From Okamejei kenojei (Eukaryota), in assembly GCA_035221665.1 (NCBI GenBank), contig CM069140.1, forward strand, positions 28,830,001 to 28,894,000: 64,000 nt of DNA. The letters run 5' to 3'. Within the stretch, counting starts at the first letter, position 1. Every line of letters starts with the position of its first letter. A program made the translations under genes and the position numbers. This document shows, one piece after another, positions 13,576-23,992 of the stretch. The notes under the pieces are model-generated. The model searched no databases, was not told the origin of the DNA, and saw nothing but the letters and a program-made list of their open reading frames with translations.

Positions 13576-14109
13576 CCGACGTATACTGAATCAGTATGTG
13601 TAGGAAGGAACTGCAGATGTTGGTTTACACCGAAGATAGATAGAAATTGCAGGAGTAACTTAGCAGGACAAGCAGCACCTCTCGATAGAAGGAATGGGTG
13701 ATGTTTTGGGTCCAGACCGTTCTTCAGACTGAGCCTGAGCCTGGCTGAAGAAGGGTCTCGACCCAAAATGTCACCCATTCCTATCCAGAGATGCTGCCTG
13801 GCCTGCTGCGTTACTTCAGCATTTTGTGTTTATAAACAAAATCAGAATTGTACACAGTACTGCAGCTACGCCCTAACTAATGCCGTAAAGTTATACCATA
13901 GCTGGAGAACTGTGTACAGTTCTGGTTTCCGTACTATTCTGCACACTGGCTTATGAAGACAAAAATGCCATGTGCATCTCCACTACCTTTAGCAATCATT
14001 GTTCTTGGTCGAGATCTCTGCATTTTTGTTCAATACTCCCTAAGGCTCTAGATATGGTCGTTATCTACTCTTGTTAGACAGCCCTAAGAGCGTTTCCTCA
14101 CACGTTCCC

Positions 14110-14677
14110 TAGTGAGACCACACCTGGAGTACTTTGTGCAGTTTTGGTCCCCTAATTTGAGGAAGGACATTCTTGCTATTGAGGGAGTGCAGCGTAGGTT
14201 TACAAGGTTAATTCCCGGGATGGCGGGACTGTCATATGCTGAGAGAATGGAGTGGCTGGGTTTGTACACTCTGGAGTTTAGAAGGATGAGAGGGGATCTC
14301 ATTGAAACAGATAAGATTGTTAAGGTTTTGGACACGCTAGAAGCAGGAAACATGTTCCCGATGTTGGGGGGATCCAGAACCAGGGTCCACAGTTTAAGAA
14401 TAAGGGGTAAGCCATTTAGAACGGAGACGAGGAAACACGTTTTCTCACAGAGAGTGGTAAGTCTGTGGAATTCTCTGCCTCAGAGGGCAGTGGAGGCCGG
14501 TTGTCTGGATACTTTCAAGAGAGAGCTAGATAGGGCTCTTAAAGATAGCGGAGTCAGGGGATATGGGAAGAAGTCAGGAACGGGGTACTGATTGGGGATG
14601 ATCAGCCATGATCACATTGAATGGTGGTGCTGGCTCAAGGGGCCGAATGGCCTACTCCTGCACCTATTGTCTATTGT
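14110..14677 (+). mobile_element. CR1/HER1 LINE 3' fragment
   Basis: RPHLEYFVQFWSP...RRMRGDLIE...FSQRVVSLWNSLP, then a 3' UTR ending (ctattgt)2. Confidence 0.9.
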
Positions 14678-15278
14678 ATCAGGATTCAATTACATCTGCT
14701 ATTGCTCTGCCTAATTTTTCTCTCCAAACCTACAGGCATTGCCACCTCTACCTGGCCATTGCATTTTAAAACCTACATTTCCAACTGCACCAGTTTTGAA
14801 TTTGATGTGTTAACATTCTTGTGAAGTATCTTGGGATGCTCTATTTTGTTAGAGGCATTAAATGAATGAATGCGTTTGGTTGCTATAAACAGATCTCACA
14901 CTCCTAGGAGAGGCTTGCTCTCAGTAATCGGTCCCTAATAAATCTCATGGTCACTGTGACACATAAACTGGGCAGTCATTAAATATCCCACATCTGTGAC
15001 AGAATAGTGCATACACAGTAAAAGAGGTCAGAGTTCTGACTACAAGGCGGTAGGCAGCTTACTCAATAAACACAAACTCGCTACAGATTCCAATAAATAT
15101 TGATACAATGCTGCTGTATCACCAGCTAATGTTCATAATATTTAGGAGCAGAATTAGGCCATTTGGCCCATCAAGTCTACTCCACCAATCAATCATGGCT
15201 CATCTATCTTTCTCTCTCAATCCCATTCACCTGCCTTCTGCAGGTTACCCCTGACAACCATACAATCACTCAAGAATC

Positions 15279-17128
15279 CGTATTCTTCTGAAGACCAGAT
15301 CCCGGGCATTCAGGTCAGGAGATGCAGAGGTCCACAAGAAGTCCAGATATGACCTTGGTAAGGCCATCAAAAAGGCCAAAAGGGACTTCTGCTCCAAGCT
15401 GGAGGATGAGACGGATGTTCGGCAACTGTGGCGGGGCTTGAATGCCATCATCTTCTGCAAAACGAAATCAGGAGGCAGCTCAAATGTCAGCAAAGCATCA
15501 CTCCCTGACGAGCTCAATGCGTTTTACGCAAGCTTTGATAGGAAGGACACTGATGTGCCTTCCCGAGCCCCCATTCACCGTGATGGTATTTCAGTCTCAG
15601 TCACAGAGGCCGACGTCAGAAGATCCTTCAGAGAGGTGAACCCTCAGAAAGCGCCTGGACCTGATGGTACACCCGGTCGTGTTCTCAAAACCTGTGTAGA
15701 CCAACTGGCTGGAGTTTTTAACGGACATTTTCAACCTCTCACTTCTGAGGTCTGAGGTTCCCACCTGCTTTAAAAGGGCATCAATAATGCCGGTGCCTAA
15801 AAAGAGCAAGGTGACGTGCCTCAATGACTATCGACCAGTGGCACCAACGCCTGTGGTGATGAAGTGCTTTGAGAGGTTGATTATGGCGCAAATCAACTCC
15901 GACCTCGACATGAACCTTGACCCTCTGCAGTTCGCTTAGCGCCAAAACAGGTCAACGGTGGACGCGATCTCGCTGGCTCTCCACTCCGCTCTGGACCACT
16001 TGGACAACAAAATCTCATATGTCAGGCTGTTGTTCATAGACTACAGCTCAGCGTTTACTACCATCATCCCCTCCAAGCTGGTTACAAAGCTCTCAGATCT
16101 GGGTCTCTGCGCATCCCTCTGCAATTGGATCCTCGACATCCTCATTCACAGACCACAGTTTGTCCCTATTGGTGGAAATGTGTCAGCCTCGATAACAATC
16201 TGCACGGGAGCAGCTGAAGGCTGCGTGCTCAGCCCCCTGCTGTACTCACTCTATACTCATGACTGCGTAGCCGGTCATAGTGCGAACTCCGACATCAAGT
16301 TCGTCGACGACACCACTGTTGTGGGACGTATCACTGATGGTGATGAGTCAGAGTATAGAAGTGAGATCGACCGATTGACCAAATGGTGCCAGCACAATAA
16401 CCTGGCCCTCAACACCAGTAAAACCAAGGAACTGATTGTGGGCTTTGGAAGGGGTAGGATAGGGACCCACAATCCCGTTAATATCAACAGGTCGATGGTG
16501 GAAAGGGTCAAGAGCTTCAAATTCCTGGGCATGCATATTCCTGAAGATCTTTCCTGGTCCCAGCACACTGATGCAATTATAAAGAAAGCACATCAGCGCC
16601 TCTACTTCCTGAGAAGATTACGGAGAGTCGGTGTGTCAAGGAGGACTCTCTCAAACTTCTACAGGTGCACAGCAGAGAGCATGCTGACTGGCAGCATCGT
16701 GGCTTGGTTCGGCAACTTGAGCGCCCAGGAGCGGAATAAAATGCAGAAGGTTGTGACCACTGCCCAGTCCATCATCGGCTCTGACCTCCTCACCATCGCA
16801 GGCTGCCACACACTCATCTCTCCATTGCCATCGGGATAGTACAGGAGCTTGAAATCTGGAACAACCGGGTTCAGGAACAGCTGCTCCCCCACAGACATCT
16901 GGCTATTAAACACAACATTAAACAAGCTCTGAACAATAACAGTCTATTATTACTAATGCATTTTATCTGTTTATTTATTGTGTATATATATATGGTCTAT
17001 GATACATAGTCACGCTGAACTTTTATCTCCTTCTCTGTTTTACGTTTATATATTCTGTTGTGCTGCAGCAAGCATGAATTTCATAGTCCTACCTGGGGCA
17101 CATGACAATAAAACTCTCTTGACTCTTG
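15279..17128 (+). mobile_element. Rex1/Babar-type non-LTR retrotransposon, 5'-truncated, RT pseudogene
   Basis: RT motifs [49 protein letters not shown]; 3' end gacaataaa plus (ctcttga)2; putative TSD AAGAATC at 15272-15278 and 17129-17135. Confidence 0.85.
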
Positions 17129-17653
17129 AAGAATCTGTCAATCTCCGCATTAAAATAGTAAGATTAAATGAGAACTTACCAGTTCGAAGTTTGATCTGTA
17201 TTTTATGAGGAGTTACGATGAGGGATTACGTGAAGACCCCGTCCAGCACGCATGCGCGACATTCTTCAAAGCAGCGGTGTGGATTCACAGAAAAAACACA
17301 ACGATTGAAATATAGTAAAGAAAAAATAAGAACTAAATTACCAGTTGATCTGTATAATAGAGGGTGGGAGCGGAGGGCACGTAATCCCTCATCGTAACGC
17401 CTCATAAAATACAGATCAAACTTTGAACTGGTAAGTTCTCATTTAATCTTACTATTTTATTTCGGAGTCACGTGAGTGACTACGTGAAGACTTCAAAGCT
17501 CTGTGATTCCGAACCGTGTACCAGCTCATGCTTCACTCACTGTCTGAAGACCTTAGAGGGAGGAAGTATGTTATCACAATCAACAATAACCTGTTGTGAA
17601 CAAAAAGGTTTATTAATGACAACAAAAAAACAGAGAGCTCCCCCGGGCTTAAA

Positions 17654-18640
17654 TTAAACATTATCTGCAGACTCTAAAATTCTGTCTGCAAATGTAGCAG
17701 GTTCCGCCAGCGGCTTATTATAAAGTCTTTGGAAAGTTCTTTCCGAGGACCATCCTGCTCTTGCCAGAATATGGTCCATAGGCACGTTCATTCGCCTAGC
17801 CGCCGACGTAGATGCAGCCCTGGTGGAGTGAGATTTGTAAACATTAGTATTAACTCCCACTGACTTAAGCACCTGCTTGAGCCACCTTGAAATGGTTTGG
17901 CTCGTCACCTGACCATGAGGCTTCTTGTGGCTTATCCATAAGGCTTTTTCTCTCCCTCTTAAGTTGTATGTTGTGTCTATGTAATTGGCGAGATGGGTCT
18001 TGGCACACAGCCGTGGGTCAGATGAATATGCCCGGAACTCCATGACTGGAGGCGTGGTACCTGGTCTAGTTTGTTTGACCAGTCCCTGAATATGAAATGT
18101 GAAACAGTCCAATGACTCTGTCATGCTGTCCAGCCTCAGAAGGTGGAGGGACTGTACCCTTTGAGCTGACACTAGTGCCATGAGCATGACGGATTTCAGA
18201 GTAAGTTGTTCCAGCGTGAGTGCCCTGGGTGGTGGCCATCCCCTAAGGTACGTCAGCACAATGCTGACATCCCAGATCTGTGTGTACCTTGGTCTGGGGG
18301 AATTAGTGTTAAAAATGCCCCTCATGATTTTGACCACTAGTGGATGGGACCCCAAAGCCAGTTGTCCTGCTGCTGGAACCAAATAAGCTGACAACGCACT
18401 CCTGGCTGTATTTATAGCGCTGTAGCTGAGTCCATCCCGATGTAATCCAACCAGAAACTCCACAACACTGGTGGCTGTAGCTGTAGTGTAGGTAGTTCCT
18501 GTTTTGGAGCAATACCGTTCCAATTTCCTTATGTTGGTCAGGTATTGTCTCCTGGTGGACTCCCGGTGGGATGCGGTCATCATGTTGATGGCGTCCTCAG
18601 ACAGTCCCAGGCCCAGTAGAGGTCTTTTTAGAATCTGCAA
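17654..18640 (-). CDS. DIRS tyrosine recombinase (open ORF, ~328 aa)
   Basis: SAINTARSALS in the N-terminal domain; catalytic-type motifs R (SAQRVQSL), HSTR (HxxR), AGW, and Y (TFQRLY). Confidence 0.92.
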   Translation of the reverse strand: MQILKRPLLGLGLSEDAINMMTASHRESTRRQYLTNIRKLERYCSKTGTTYTTATATSVVEFLVGLHRDGLSYSAINTARSALSAYLVPAAGQLALGSHPLVVKIMRGIFNTNSPRPRYTQIWDVSIVLTYLRGWPPPRALTLEQLTLKSVMLMALVSAQRVQSLHLLRLDSMTESLDCFTFHIQGLVKQTRPGTTPPVMEFRAYSSDPRLCAKTHLANYIDTTYNLRGREKALWISHKKPHGQVTSQTISRWLKQVLKSVGVNTNVYKSHSTRAASTSAARRMNVPMDHILARAGWSSERTFQRLYNKPLAEPATFADRILESADNV

Positions 18641-19097
18641 GCCAGGAGATGGACTCTGTCATGGCACGGGTGACTAATGCCTGACACTGGGTGGATTAAT
18701 AATTCTGGACTGCTGGGGAATTCCAACGGTGTTTCGACAGCCATGTCGAGGGCCACTGGGAACCATGGCTGTGTAGGCCAGTCAGGTATTATCAAGATTC
18801 CTGAAGCGGAATCCAATTGAATCTTGCGTAATACCCGACTGATGAGGCAGAAGGGAGGAAAAGCATAAAAGAACATTTTCCCCCAATGCAGCGTGAATGC
18901 ATCAACTGCTGCTGCCTCAGGGTCTGGTTCCCAAGCGACATACGTTGGTACCTGGTGATTCAGCCCGGATGCAAATAGATCGATATCTGGTATGCCATTT
19001 TGCTTTGTAATTTCAGCAAAAACTTTGGGATTTAACATCCATTCGATGTTATCGTAAAATTTGCGTGACCTGGCGTCCACCACTGTATTTTGCTTAC
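18628..19097 (-). pseudogene. DIRS pol C-terminal part: end of RNase H plus DNA N6-adenine methyltransferase-like domain
   Basis: KQNTVVDARSR (RNase H end), DIDLFAS, YAFPPF (NPPF-like), PDWPTQPWF; cut off from RT by the Penelope insertion. Confidence 0.85.
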
Positions 19098-19740
19098 ACA
19101 AAACCCCTGGACCATGACCCCACTGACGAACACCAGGCCACCATCTCGAGCACCATAACCGACCTCATCAGCTCCGGCTCCCTACCCCCCCGAGCCTCCG
19201 ACCTCATCGTTTCCCAGCCCCGCACGGCCCGATTTTACCTTCTCCCCAAAATCCACAAACCCGACTGCCCTGGCAGACCCATTGTCTCTGCCTGTTCGTG
19301 CCCCACCGAACACATTTCCACATACCTTGACGCCATCCTATCCCCCTTTGTTAAATCCCTCCCCACATATGTTCAAGACACCTCAGACACTCTCCGTTGG
19401 CTCCGTGCATTCCATTCTCCAGGCCCCCATCCTCTCATCTTTACCATGGACGTCCAGTCACTCTACACCTCCATCCCCCACCAGGACGGTCTCAAAGCCC
19501 TCCGGTTCTTCCTCGACCAGAGGAGCAACCCATACCCGTCCACTGACACCCTCCTCCGCCTAGCAGAGTTGGTCCTCACCCTCAATAACTTCTCTTTTGA
19601 TTCCTCCCATTTCAAGGAAGAAGGGTCTCGACCCGAAACGTCGCCTATCTCCTTCTCTCCTTAGATGCTGCTGCACCCGCTGAGTTTCTCCAGCTTTTTG
19701 TGTACCCTCGATTCTCCAGCATCTGCAGTTCCTTCTTTAA
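19098..19740 (+). mobile_element. Penelope-like element (PLE) fragment inserted into the DIRS RNase H, 17-bp TSD
   Basis: PLE RT motifs PRTARFYLLPKIHKPDCPGRPIVS and DVQSLYTSIP, followed by the hammerhead-type tail. TSD CACTGTATTTTGCTTAC at 19081-19097 and 19741-19757. Confidence 0.9.
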
Positions 19741-20930
19741 CACTGTATTTTGCTTACCTGGTAGGTAAGTTGCTGATAACCAAATATGTCTTTCGACACA
19801 CACCATTGCCAGATTAGGTTGACCAAATTGTCACACGATATCGACTTTACACCACCCATGTGGTTGATATAAGCCACCACCGTGGTATTATCTAATTGCA
19901 ACCGGACATGTGCATGATGCGTATTAGATGAATATGCTTTTAAACCATAAAACGCACCCAACATTTCTAAGTAGTTGATACCCCGTGTCTGTAGGCAAGA
20001 TGATTCAGAGTTAGTCCATCTGCCCCCTGTGCTGGATTGCATGTTAGTTGCTCCCCAGCCCAGAGCACTGGCATCCTTCGGCAGAGTTACAATCATGCGA
20101 ACAGTGTCAATCGTAAATCCAAGATAGTCCATGGTAGTGGACGGCATCAAATTGGATTTATCTGGATGTATGACAAATCCCAAAGTTTCAAACAAACGTT
20201 TGGTGGCTGCAACTGCCAAAATAGCTCTCTCCAAGGTTTTCCCTACTATTAAAATGTCGTCTAAGTATGCCATGACTATATGCTTTTGTTTCCTCAATAA
20301 TGCCAAAGCAGGTTTCAAAATTTTAGTGAACAACCTTGGAGCGGAGGTTAGTCCATTTGGTAAGGCTTTAAATTGCCATAGCTGTTTCATCCAGATAAAC
20401 TTTAAGTATTTACGATGCTCCTTATGTATGGGTACTGAATAGTAGGAATCTTTTAAATCAATGCTTGCTAGAAAGTACCCTCTAAAAACCAATAGTCTGG
20501 CTGTTTCAAAAGTTTCTATCTTGAAATGTATATACTTAACAGACTCGTTTAAAGTAGTTAAGTCAATGATGATGCGACATCCACCATCTTTTTTAGTTTT
20601 AGTGAAAATATTAGACACAAATTCCAAAGGTTCATGTTTTGTTCTTTCAATGACACCTTTTGCTAGTAGCCTCATCAGTTCAGCTTGACCCTCTTGTTTC
20701 TCTTTGACTGAGAGGGTAAATACCCTTTGGGGTATATATGCTGAACTGGACAAAGTCAGTTTTCATGAACAAAGTCAATTTTGTAGCCATGAATGCTGCT
20801 GAGTATATACTTGTCATTAGTGATGGATTCCCATGCATCCAAAAACAAGTGCAATCTCCCCCCTGTTAGTATAGAGCCCCTACTGCTCATATGTTGAGAG
20901 GAACCAGACCCACCTACCTCCATGGTTATT
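19741..20930 (-). pseudogene. DIRS reverse transcriptase/RNase H, frameshifted and internally deleted
   Basis: GGRLHLFLDAW, RIIIDL, SIDLKDSYY, LPNGLTSAPRLFTK, YLDD, DASALGWG, INYLEM, LDNTTVVAYINHMGG. Frameshifts near 20755 and 19787; the RT-RNaseH connection is missing (VTLPK joined directly to DAS). Confidence 0.9.
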
Positions 20931-21059
20931 GGTGCTTCTTCTGCCTCTTCGCTGGACGATGAGGTGTCTGCTGGGTAGTAGAGGGCTGCTGTTGATGTTG
21001 ATGTTGATGTTGATGGGGGTGGCGCATTTTCCATGGGGTCCACTCTGGGCCCTGGCCTA

Positions 21060-22154
21060 AAAAGGCTTACGGGGAATGGTTGCGGACCGCGAGCTTTCAC
21101 CAGTCCCATATGGTAGTCGACGACTGGTGGACGCCGTGGGGTACTGCCGCCTGGGTTTGTTAGGTCTGCTCAGTCCCAACCTGCCCTCACGGGACCAAAG
21201 GTCTTGGATTCTTCCTCTAGGTCTTTCACCTTTTTCGGAAAGTCCTTTCCAAAGAGCAGAATTGGAGGTTCTGAACCCGGTGTTTTGCAAAGTCCCGCAA
21301 ACTTTGGGTTGAGAGCAGGCTTGATGATTTCCTTCCGTAAATAGTGTATCTCATATTGAGTGGTGCACAGCAGAGCTAATATATCTTGCTGATTTGTGGA
21401 GATGGCCACACCATCAATGGACCGAGCATATTAGTTCAAGAGCCTCATTGACCACCCGTTCTTGTAGGGGTTGTGAGGACGGGTGGTCAATGCTGGCTGC
21501 AAGTTTCGGCTCTAAAGGCCGACCCGCTCGTGGAGTGGCCACGTAGCGGTTGACCACACCCAGCAGCTCTTCCTGATCCTGTACACCCTGCTTACTCCGG
21601 ACATCTTCAGCCAGTGACCCCTCTTCTTGACCAGCCCAGACCTGGTCGCCAATGCTGCCTTCGAAAGAAGGTGAAGCAATGGCCAGTGCCGTAAAGGGCA
21701 CTGCGGGAGTGCCTGAACTCCCTTGGCGAGTCTGCTGCTGCTCTCTCAGCAGATCTCGCTGGAGCAATTGCTCCATAAGCCGTTCCATGCGGCTTAGGCG
21801 GCTGCCTGTGTCGCTCTCGAGCGGTGAGGCATCTTCATCCGAATCGTCGGACACTACCGCCCGGTTCTGGCTGCAGGTACCTCCAGCCCGCTGCTCAGGC
21901 AGCACGAGCGGTGCTGGGCTCGGCTCGGTAGTCAATCCTGCCGCCTCTTGCCCCCCCTCCAAAGAACATTCCTCAACGGGAGACGAACGGGGCAAGCTGC
22001 AGATTTCTTCCCTCTGGTCTTGCTCATTCTTCCTGGAACACAAGCAGACCACAGGGAAAATACACACGGCCACGGTAAAACTTACCTGTCGGCCCGACTT
22101 TTTAATTTGTAGCGGGAGCGCCTTGAACTTCCGTTCATCGCGGGTGCACTGCAT
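21060..22154 (-). pseudogene. DIRS ORF1 (gag-like), fragmented
   Basis: Broken ORFs (21414-22154, 21170-21409, 21057-21290) between the 5' ITR and RT; RKEIIKPALNPKFAGLC...LLFG resembles DIRS ORF1 ends. Assigned mainly by position. Confidence 0.6.
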
Positions 22155-22225
22155 GAACGCTAATGTCGCGCATGCGTGCTGGACGGGGTCTTCACGTAGT
22201 CACTCACGTGACTCCGAAATAAAAT

Positions 22226-22515
22226 ATCCATTGACGGCTGTCCGTGTCAATGAATTCCACAGACTCACCACCATCGGACGAAATAAATTCCTCTTCTTCT
22301 CCTATCTAAAGGTACGTCCTCTTTTTTCTAAGGCTGTGCCCTCTGGTCCTCGACTCTTCCACCAGTGGAAACATCCTCTCCACATCCACTCTATCCAGGC
22401 CGTTCACTATTCGGTAAGTTTCAACGAAGTACCCTCTCATCCTTCTAAATTCCAGCGAGTACAGGCCATCAAACGCTCATCATGCGTTAACCCAATCATT
22501 CCTGGGGTCGTTCTC
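22226..22515 (-). mobile_element. CR1 LINE fragment (host of the Rex1 and DIRS insertions; other pieces at 15141-15278 and 17129-17150)
   Basis: Joining the three pieces gives ...caagaatctgtcaatctccgcattaaaatatccattga..., matching the uninterrupted copy near 52450-52500. Confidence 0.8.
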
Positions 22516-22859
22516 AGATGAGCATACTGCCATGCTATGAGGAGTTCACTGCACATCCTGAAGCTAGCCAGACAATCCGTAACCATTACACTTGCTGGTG
22601 TTTGCAGTAAAATAATAACATTCTTCCAGAGATTTCTCTCCAAATATTCTTGCACACAAGGAGAAGTCACTCCAAATCAAGACAAACTTTCAAGTGATCT
22701 TTTGTGGATACTGAGAAACACAGAGGAAATCATTTGCAAATATACACACAACTGTGCAACCCAGTAATCGCTGTCACTCCCAGATCATCCCAGTAAACAC
22801 TACCGCACTCCCAAAAGATCCCAGACACATGATGGTGTCCCGGACACATGATGGTGCTT

Positions 22860-23258
22860 GTCCTGGAATAAGCCACATCAAATCTATGGCCAATAAAGCG
22901 CACCAAATGCCTCTATTTCCTTAGAAGACTTAGGAAGTTCAGCATGTTCCCAACAACCCTCACCAACATCTACAGATGCGCCGTAGAAAGTATTTTATCG
23001 GGATGCGTCACAGCCTGGTTTGGAAACAGCTCCATCCAAGACCGCATGAAATTGCAGAGAGTTCTGGACATAACCCAGACCATCACACAAACTAACCTCC
23101 CTTCCATCGACTCCATTGACACTTCTTGCTGCCTTGGCAAGCTCACCAGCATAATCAAGGACCAATGTCACCCCAGTCACTCCCTCTCTCCCCTCGTCCA
23201 TTAGGCAAGAAGTACAGAAGTTTGAAAATGCATACCTCCAGAATTAGGGACAGTTTCT
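22860..23258 (+). mobile_element. Rex1-like LINE RT C-terminal fragment
   Basis: YRCAVESILSGCVTAWFGNSSIQDRMKLQRV, homologous to 16660-16780. Similar pieces at 33323-33550 (+), 33575-33683 (-), 27630-27925 (-) and 62240-62340 (-). Confidence 0.75.
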
Positions 23259-23577
23259 TCAGTTACTCCAGCATTTTGTATCTACCATCGATTTAAACCA
23301 GCAACTGCAGTTCTTTCTTACAGTTTCTTCACATCTGTTATCGGACAACTGAAAGGACCAGCAAAAGTGTGGTCCTGCCCTCCCATCTGCTTCCTTAGTG
23401 ATCATTGATAATTGGACTTTATCAGACTTCAGTGTTGTACCTTGTACTAAAGGTTGCACCCTTTGTCCTTCATCTGTGCACTGCGGAGGTTTTGTTTGTA
23501 TTCAGTCTATATATTTAGTCTTTTCTTTGACTTTTCTCTGTACCTCAGCACATGTGACAATAATAAACTCAACCTTT

Positions 23578-23992
23578 GGACAGCACAGTGGGTCAACAGC
23601 AGAGTTGCTGCCTTACAGGGCTAGAGACTTGGGTTCGATTCCGACGTCTGGGTGCTGTCTGTCTGGAGTTTTACCATCTCCCATTCTCCGGGTGCTCTGG
23701 TTTCCTCCCACATTCCAAAGATGTGCAGGTTTGTAGCTTAATTGGCTTTTGTAAATTGCCCCTTGTGTGTAGGATGGAACGAGTGTTCCCTCCCCCCCAC
23801 CCCCTCTCCTTCCCCAATCCTTTCCATTCGTCGCTTTAATTTCATGTTTAGTGTATTTTGTGTTTTGATGACTGTTGGCAGATCAATTTCCCTCCTGGGA
23901 TAAATAAAGTTCTGTCATATTGTAAACTGGTGAGTGTGGACACAGTGGGCCAAAGGGCCTGCTTCCACGCTCTATCTCTAAACTAATCTAAA
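23578..23992 (+). mobile_element. V-SINE interrupted by a ~140-bp LINE-tail insertion
   Basis: Head and V-domain run to about 23785; the tail resumes near 23927. Confidence 0.75.

Larger units (their letters stand above)
17151..22225 (-). mobile_element. DIRS1-type tyrosine-recombinase retrotransposon, both termini present, coding-degenerate
   Basis: ITR match between 17228-17263 and 22162-22197. Internal complementary region 17378-17491 is complementary to both ends (17151-17232 and 22188-22220). Order gag-like, RT(YLDD), RNase H, methylase-like, YR. Confidence 0.95.

Noticed and set aside
17654-20753. Integrase + methylase + RT cluster read as a prophage, retron or novel defence system
   Set aside because: Gene order, ITRs and ICR match the established DIRS1 retrotransposon architecture.
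21652-22521. 289-aa plus-strand ORF
   Set aside because: Antisense shadow of DIRS gag running through the ITR into a CR1 fragment; chimeric.
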